From: Gammaproteobacteria bacterium
Lineage (GTDB): Bacteria > Pseudomonadota > Gammaproteobacteria > Magnimaribacterales > D2472
Direction: 5' to 3'
Assembly (NCBI GenBank): GCA_045563715.1
Contig: JBJLIP010000004.1
Coordinates: forward strand, 233,450-297,449
DNA: 64,000 nt
Shown here: positions 58,794 to 64,000 of the stretch, piece by piece
Position numbering within the stretch: the stretch's first letter is position 1
How the letters are laid out: every line of letters starts with the position of its first letter
Notes under the pieces: model-generated
Databases searched by the model: none
Told to the model about the DNA's origin: nothing
Seen by the model: only the letters and a program-made list of their open reading frames with translations
Position numbers and translations under genes: made by a program

Positions 58794-59759
58794 TTATTCA
58801 ATCTCTATTACTTTTCCTGGTATGAGAGAAATAAAGTCAGGTGAATTAGAGGATTTTAAGGCCTCTTTTAATCTTGAAGGTGGCTCAAGGGTATCTTCAT
58901 CAGTCAATGCAAATGTACCCCAATGCATTCCAAATGCCTTCTCTGCCTCTAGATCTATCATAATCTGAACAGCATCCTCAGGATTTACATGGCTTTCAGC
59001 CATAAACCACTCTGGATCGTATGCTCCAATTGGTATAAATGCGTATTTTGGAGATCCAAGTTTAAGTCTAGTATCAATAAAATCTTTTGAGTATCCAGTA
59101 TCACCAGCATGGTACATGCCAAATTCATTGAAATTCATATACCAACCACCCCATAAACTTTTATTTCTATCAAAAAGCCCTCTTTTAGACCAATGTTGAA
59201 CTGGAGTAAAAGTAAATGTGAGCCCTTCTGATTTATATGATTCCCACCAATTAAATTGATGTACATTGTCTATTTTTCTTTTCTTTAGAAGTTTAAGATC
59301 TCCTGCAGGTACGAGAAATACCGCATCAGGACTTAGTTCAGAAATTTTCTTAAGTGAGTTAATATCAAGATGATCATAGTGGTTATGGCTAACTGTAACA
59401 AAATCTATCTTTGGTAATTCATTTAAAGGTATAGCTGGGGGTATTAATCTTTCAGGGCCAATATTTTTGAATGGTGATGCTCTATCAGAAAATACTGGAT
59501 CAGTAAGGATTGTTATGCCTGCTTTTTTAATAAGAAAGGTAGAGTGGCCAATCCAAATAATATAATTATCATCCTCATGAAGATTTATATTTTTCCATTC
59601 GTTAGAAACCTCTATTGCATATAAATTTGGATTTACGTCTGAAGTTATCCATTTAACAAGGTCTTTAAAGGGTTTTTCTATTGCTTTGCCATTTGTATTT
59701 TTATATTCAGCAAAAATATTATTAGTGGTAAATAATAAGATTATTAATAGTAATTTCAT
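58794..59759 (-). CDS. MBL-fold metallo-hydrolase, NAPE-PLD-like, secreted
   Basis: Signal peptide, ILTDPVFSDRASP, and HNHYDHLD (HxHxDH). Confidence 0.75.
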   Translation of the reverse strand: MKLLLIILLFTTNNIFAEYKNTNGKAIEKPFKDLVKWITSDVNPNLYAIEVSNEWKNINLHEDDNYIIWIGHSTFLIKKAGITILTDPVFSDRASPFKNIGPERLIPPAIPLNELPKIDFVTVSHNHYDHLDINSLKKISELSPDAVFLVPAGDLKLLKKRKIDNVHQFNWWESYKSEGLTFTFTPVQHWSKRGLFDRNKSLWGGWYMNFNEFGMYHAGDTGYSKDFIDTRLKLGSPKYAFIPIGAYDPEWFMAESHVNPEDAVQIMIDLEAEKAFGMHWGTFALTDEDTLEPPSRLKEALKSSNSPDFISLIPGKVIEIE

Positions 59760-59878
59760 ATAGCTATTTTTAAAGTTAAGTTTTTTTTACTTGAGATTTG
59801 ATATAAATATTCAAAAAAAATATTGAAATCTTTGAAAAATAAGCAAATAAATTTCTTAACAAACTTATTTTTAATAAC

Positions 59879-60421
59879 TTAAGGTTTTTCATTAGATATA
59901 GCAGAAGCCTTTTGCGTTAAATTGGGCGGATCTTGTAATTCATTTAGTCCTCTAGGTGAAAACATTCTAACATCACCTTCATTGGTAGAAAATCTATCAG
60001 CTTTTATATCTTCTCTAATAAAGAAATCATCATATTCGAGCTCTACGTTATATAAAGAAAACTTATACTCAAATGTTTTATTTTTTACTTCACAAGAATT
60101 ACCGTTTCCATCAACTGGTGGGTCATATTTTATATATTTAGCTGCATTTACAGCATTTGATTTAAAGAATGGACATTTCTTTAAAACAATTTTACCTTTT
60201 TTGTCTCTCTTGATTGCGCATTCAGAACTTATTGCTCTGATTTTTTTTGGGTTACCGTTTTTATCGATATTAAATTGGACAACAGCAAATCCTTGATAGT
60301 TTGTATTTGGATGTAAAGGTTTCATAACCTGCACCATCTCAGCAGAACAGTTATTTGAAACTTCTGAGAGAGTAAAATTACAAAAAAGTCCCAACAGTAA
60401 GAAGCTAGTTATAAATCGCAT
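59879..60421 (-). CDS. secreted protein with a TonB C-terminal-like domain
   Basis: Signal peptide; QGFAVVQFNIDKNGNPKKIRAIS...AVNAAKYIKYDPPV follows the TonB_C pattern. There is no Pro-rich spacer or TM anchor. Confidence 0.45.
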   Translation of the reverse strand: MRFITSFLLLGLFCNFTLSEVSNNCSAEMVQVMKPLHPNTNYQGFAVVQFNIDKNGNPKKIRAISSECAIKRDKKGKIVLKKCPFFKSNAVNAAKYIKYDPPVDGNGNSCEVKNKTFEYKFSLYNVELEYDDFFIREDIKADRFSTNEGDVRMFSPRGLNELQDPPNLTQKASAISNEKP

Positions 60422-60448
60422 AATGTATTGTACTTAAATGATAGTCAT

Positions 60449-60476
60449 AAAAAAAGGCCGGTAAAACCGGCCTTTT
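60449..60476 (-). terminator. rho-independent terminator of the TBDR gene
   Basis: The minus strand reads AAAAGGCCGG-TTTTA-CCGGCCTTTTTTT, 20 nt after the stop at 60496. Confidence 0.8.
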
Positions 60477-60495
60477 AATATTAATCAACGTCTAA

Positions 60496-63309
60496 TTAGA
60501 ATGCAATATTCCATTTTAGATAAGTTATTAACCCTTGGTTACTATAAAGACCTAGATAAGCATCTCTGTCTCCATTAGCATTAGGTAAAGGATCTTCATC
60601 CTCAGCATTAAGCATACCGTAAGTAACAGTACCATACTTACCTAAATCAGCTTTGATTTGTAGGTCAAGTGCACTGTACTCATCTTGTGTGCCACCAGCT
60701 TTAACAATACCACCAGTTGGATTACCAGCAGAATCCGTTTCTGCTTCCTGACTTAATCTAAAGTCACCGATGTTTCTTTGTGTTAAAGCAACACTGTATT
60801 TATCCCATGCATATGAAAGGCTAACATTACTTCTTTCAGAAGGAGTTCCTTCAAAACCAACATTGTTAGTTTTCTGTGAACTACCAGTAAATGAATCAGT
60901 GTTGTACTCATCCATTTCTGTGTAATCAACATTAACATTCATCACACCAGGACCAACGTCTCTTGTATAACTGACGAATAAGTCATAACCAACAACTTCA
61001 ATTTCACCAACGTTAGTAAATCCAGCACCAACATAGTCTACACGACCGTTAGCACATGATCTGATAACGTAGATTGAAGGGTCATTACCTTCTCTTCTAA
61101 CATAAGTCGATCCTGCAGGACATGCATCACCAACAGTACCTGTACCGGTAGGTGCACCAGCAGCAGTTCCGTCACCAGCAATACCAGCAGCGTTAAAGAA
61201 TGTTACGTTGTTTGAAAGTGCAGTTCCGCCAACAAAGTCATTCCACATCACGTCTTGTGTAGAAATGCTTGCAATAGCGTCTGAAATTGTGATTTCATAA
61301 TAGTCAAATCTTACATTTAGACCATCTAAAGCACCAACTAACATACCCATATCTTGTTCAACGCTCATTGTGAATCCTTCAGAAGATTCAGCGCCAAGAT
61401 TTGGATTAGCTTTAATTAATGTTGATACCTGCTTAGAAGCACAATCTGCAGAAGATGTTCCTGCAGCAGCACAAGCTTTATAGTCATAAACAGTGTTAGC
61501 ACTAAATGTAGTAGCGCCATATAAGTTGTCCATTGTTGGAGCTCTGAAACCCTCACCAGTGTTCAATTTAACAATTGTACCTGGAACCGGAATCCATAAA
61601 GCACCTAGCTTAAATGAATCACTTTCACCAACATCTGAATAATCATCAGATCTGAATGATGCTGTAACTTCTAGGTTGTCCATTATAGGAAGCAAGACCT
61701 CACCAAATACTGAGTCCACTTCTCTATAACCAGAACCTGAGTTACCAGCTGAACCACCAACTAAACCATTTTCTGAATGCTTATCGTATTCAGCAGAATA
61801 TTCGTTAGTGAAATTTTCAATACCAAATAATGCTGAAACAGATCCACCAGGTAAGTCCATGATGTTGTCAATTTGAACAACTACATCATTTTTCTCATAG
61901 TGGTTAGTGTACTCAACTAGAGTTGTAGCACTCATAGCAGCAGCACCTGCAGCAGAACCAAAAGGCTCATTGTTTAGATTGTTAGAATCCAAACCTGCAT
62001 AACTTAGGTAATATCTACCAATATCAACACCGTAGAATTTGTTTATTTGTGTACCATACACAACTTCAACATCATCATTTACTTGATATGTTACTTCAAA
62101 AACAGCGTCCATACCTGTATCAACTTGGTGCATACCACGGTTACCAATCTCAGTCCATCTCCAGTAACCAGTTACAGGAACGTCATAAGGGTTGTTTGCA
62201 TCACCAACTGCGATACTTGGGTATCTAGCAGCAGGAGGAGCATACCTACCTGTTGATTCGTTTCTTAAGTAATTGATTCTTGAATATAGATTAATTTGAT
62301 CATTAACCTGGTAATCAATGTTTGTTGTAATGCTGTCTCTAAATGTTGCAGCATCTTGAACCATGATGTCAGCCCATGCAAATCCGCAGATTCCCACTGG
62401 AGCTCCACCATTTGAAGGTGTTGAAGTTGCTCCCTGACCAAAAGCAGCTCCACCAAAGTTAGGTCCCCACCATCCATCAACTGGATTGCTTTGTGAACCT
62501 GGGCATGTTGGTGTAGCCATAATGTCACCAGTAACTGGATCAGCTAGGTTTCTTGAATACCAGCTTAAACCATAAGTTTCGTTGTATAAATCAACAACTC
62601 CGTCACCGTTTTTGTCATTAATGCTAGCTTTTGTATACCATCTATCTTTAAGATAGATTTCATCTCTTTCATCATGCTCAACCATAACAGTTACATAACC
62701 TTTATCGTTAGTAGCACCGTAAATGAAAGAAACTGAGTTTTCTTCACCATCATCACGATCTCTGTCACCACGTCTGAAATTAAATTCCATTCCGTCGAAA
62801 CCTTTTTTAGTTATAACGTTTACAACACCAGCAATAGCATCAGACCCATAAACAGATGAAGCACCATCAGCTAGAATCTCAATTCGATCAACTGCAACAG
62901 TTGGTATCATATTGATATTAACAGCTCCAGATCCACCAAGGTGTGGTGAACCAGGCATTCTTCTTCCATCCATGAGAACTAATGTTCTAGCAGATCCTAA
63001 ACCCCTAACACTGATTGTTGCGTTACTCATAGCGCTACTACCAGCAGTTGGTCCAGTTGATCCAAAAGAGTTATAAATTGAGTTTCTTAAAACGTCAGCA
63101 GTCATAAGACCAGAAGATGCTTCAATATCCTCACTGGTGATTGTTGTAACTTGTGCGGCAGTATTCAAAGAATCTCTTTTGATTCTTGAGCCGGTTATAA
63201 CAACCTCTTCTACATTATCTGCAGATTCGTCTTGAGCAACTAGATCAGCGTTAAATAAGCCGAAAGTAAGCGCAAGAACTGCAAATAAATAATTCTCTTT
63301 ATTAAACAT
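60496..63309 (-). CDS. TonB-dependent receptor
   Basis: Signal peptide, NVEEVVITGSRIKRDS, plug motifs (ILADGASSVYGSDAIAGVVNVITKK), and a C-terminal ..WNIAF. Confidence 0.9.
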   Translation of the reverse strand: MFNKENYLFAVLALTFGLFNADLVAQDESADNVEEVVITGSRIKRDSLNTAAQVTTITSEDIEASSGLMTADVLRNSIYNSFGSTGPTAGSSAMSNATISVRGLGSARTLVLMDGRRMPGSPHLGGSGAVNINMIPTVAVDRIEILADGASSVYGSDAIAGVVNVITKKGFDGMEFNFRRGDRDRDDGEENSVSFIYGATNDKGYVTVMVEHDERDEIYLKDRWYTKASINDKNGDGVVDLYNETYGLSWYSRNLADPVTGDIMATPTCPGSQSNPVDGWWGPNFGGAAFGQGATSTPSNGGAPVGICGFAWADIMVQDAATFRDSITTNIDYQVNDQINLYSRINYLRNESTGRYAPPAARYPSIAVGDANNPYDVPVTGYWRWTEIGNRGMHQVDTGMDAVFEVTYQVNDDVEVVYGTQINKFYGVDIGRYYLSYAGLDSNNLNNEPFGSAAGAAAMSATTLVEYTNHYEKNDVVVQIDNIMDLPGGSVSALFGIENFTNEYSAEYDKHSENGLVGGSAGNSGSGYREVDSVFGEVLLPIMDNLEVTASFRSDDYSDVGESDSFKLGALWIPVPGTIVKLNTGEGFRAPTMDNLYGATTFSANTVYDYKACAAAGTSSADCASKQVSTLIKANPNLGAESSEGFTMSVEQDMGMLVGALDGLNVRFDYYEITISDAIASISTQDVMWNDFVGGTALSNNVTFFNAAGIAGDGTAAGAPTGTGTVGDACPAGSTYVRREGNDPSIYVIRSCANGRVDYVGAGFTNVGEIEVVGYDLFVSYTRDVGPGVMNVNVDYTEMDEYNTDSFTGSSQKTNNVGFEGTPSERSNVSLSYAWDKYSVALTQRNIGDFRLSQEAETDSAGNPTGGIVKAGGTQDEYSALDLQIKADLGKYGTVTYGMLNAEDEDPLPNANGDRDAYLGLYSNQGLITYLKWNIAF

Positions 63310-63342
63310 ACAATTCCCCTGTAGTTCGATTAATATTTATGT

Positions 63343-63364
63343 AAGCACGAAATTAGGCGTGCTT
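63343..63364 (-). promoter_or_regulatory. 7-bp hairpin in the TBDR 5' leader
   Basis: AAGCACG-AAATTAGG-CGTGCTT lies 34-55 nt upstream of the start codon at 63309. Confidence 0.3.
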
Positions 63365-63546
63365 AACACGTTATGAAATCTATTGTTTCAGAGTTTTTAT
63401 AAGAAATCTACATTTTTTTCATTTATTTATAACTAAATATAAGTATGATTTATACTGTATAAATAGCTTCAAAATATATTAATTAATTTTAGTGATTTAA
63501 TTACTTTTCTCTTACAATATTAAAAATTTAAATAATTATTGAAATA

Positions 63547-64000
63547 ATGTTACTTAAAAATAAAAAAATACTCATATCTGGTCTTGCAAATAAGTACTCA
63601 ATAGCTGCAGGAATTGCCTCTTCGATGCATCGTGAAGGTGCAGAATTAGCCTTTACATATCAAAATGAGAGGCTTTTAAAGAATTTAAAACCAATAGCTG
63701 AAGAAATGAACTCTAAAATTCTTATAGAGTGTGATGTTTCAAGTGATATATCTATTGATTCTTCATTTAAAGAATTAAGTAAACACTGGTCTAAATTTGA
63801 TGGTTTTGTTCATTCAATAGGTTTTGCACCAGCAGAGCAACTTGAAGGCAATTTTGTTGATGTAACTACTAGAGAAGGTTTTCAGATAGCTCATGACATT
63901 AGCTCATATAGTTTTACAGCGATGGCTAGATCTGCAAAACCAATGTTAAATGAAGGCTCCGCCCTTTTAACCCTTACTTACTTAGGATCTAATAAAACCG
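63547..64000 (+). CDS. fabI: enoyl-[acyl-carrier-protein] reductase (NADH), 3'-truncated by the window edge
   Basis: My translation is [52 protein letters not shown]. This is a classical FabI N-terminus. Confidence 0.9.
   Translation, partial: MLLKNKKILISGLANKYSIAAGIASSMHREGAELAFTYQNERLLKNLKPIAEEMNSKILIECDVSSDISIDSSFKELSKHWSKFDGFVHSIGFAPAEQLEGNFVDVTTREGFQIAHDISSYSFTAMARSAKPMLNEGSALLTLTYLGSNKT

Noticed and set aside
59922-60296. 124-aa plus-strand ORF opposite the TonB_C-like gene
   Set aside because: The minus-strand frame has a signal peptide, a TonB_C-like pattern and a start shortly after a terminator. The plus frame is Ser/Leu-rich with no start context.
63448-63470. TACTGTATAAATAGCTTCAA upstream of fabI and the TBDR as a LexA box
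   Set aside because: The left half-site CTGT is present, but the right half is CTTC rather than ACAG, so it is not a palindrome.

Overview
This is a 64-kb chromosomal window from an AT-rich, very gene-dense Gram-negative genome in which many stop and start codons overlap. The gene content includes RNase T, MlaA, a TonB2/TtpC-type energy-transduction cluster, three TonB-dependent receptors and a CTGT-N8-ACAG LexA operator. This points to a streamlined marine gammaproteobacterium; SAR86-like is my inference only. I can support about 65 protein genes and 4 tRNAs (Arg-ACG, Arg-UCG, Ser-GGA, Ala-GGC). I saw no rRNA, CRISPR array, transposase, integrase or phage genes. Most of the window is housekeeping: dusA, mlaA, apbC, metG, rnt, grxD, the panD-panC-panB-coaBC block, queF, tatD, bolA, tdk, gcdH and fabI. 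The rest is envelope and transport: three TBDRs, a MacAB-like ABC exporter, an MMPL/RND exporter, an ABC-2 exporter and LPS-type glycosyltransferases. The items most worth a second look are as follows. (1) A perfect-consensus LexA box sits in the spacer of a -35/-10 promoter driving a 71-aa, weakly YebG-like ORF, within a small block of unassignable genes next to tRNA-Ser. (2) A GC-elevated, apparently structured leader of about 170 nt lies upstream of an EamA-rhodanese-TBDR operon and matches no riboswitch class I can recognise. (3) Three metabolic genes (pdxJ, panC and a thioesterase) are each split by a single frameshift. (4) Two tightly coupled operons have unknown function: DUF3604-PPIase-HupE/UreJ, and MoxR-VWA-polytopic membrane protein-ABC-2-QueF. 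I could not identify a clear-cut novel defence or mobile system, so the candidates are ranked with modest interest scores. All family calls come from motif recognition by eye, with no database search.
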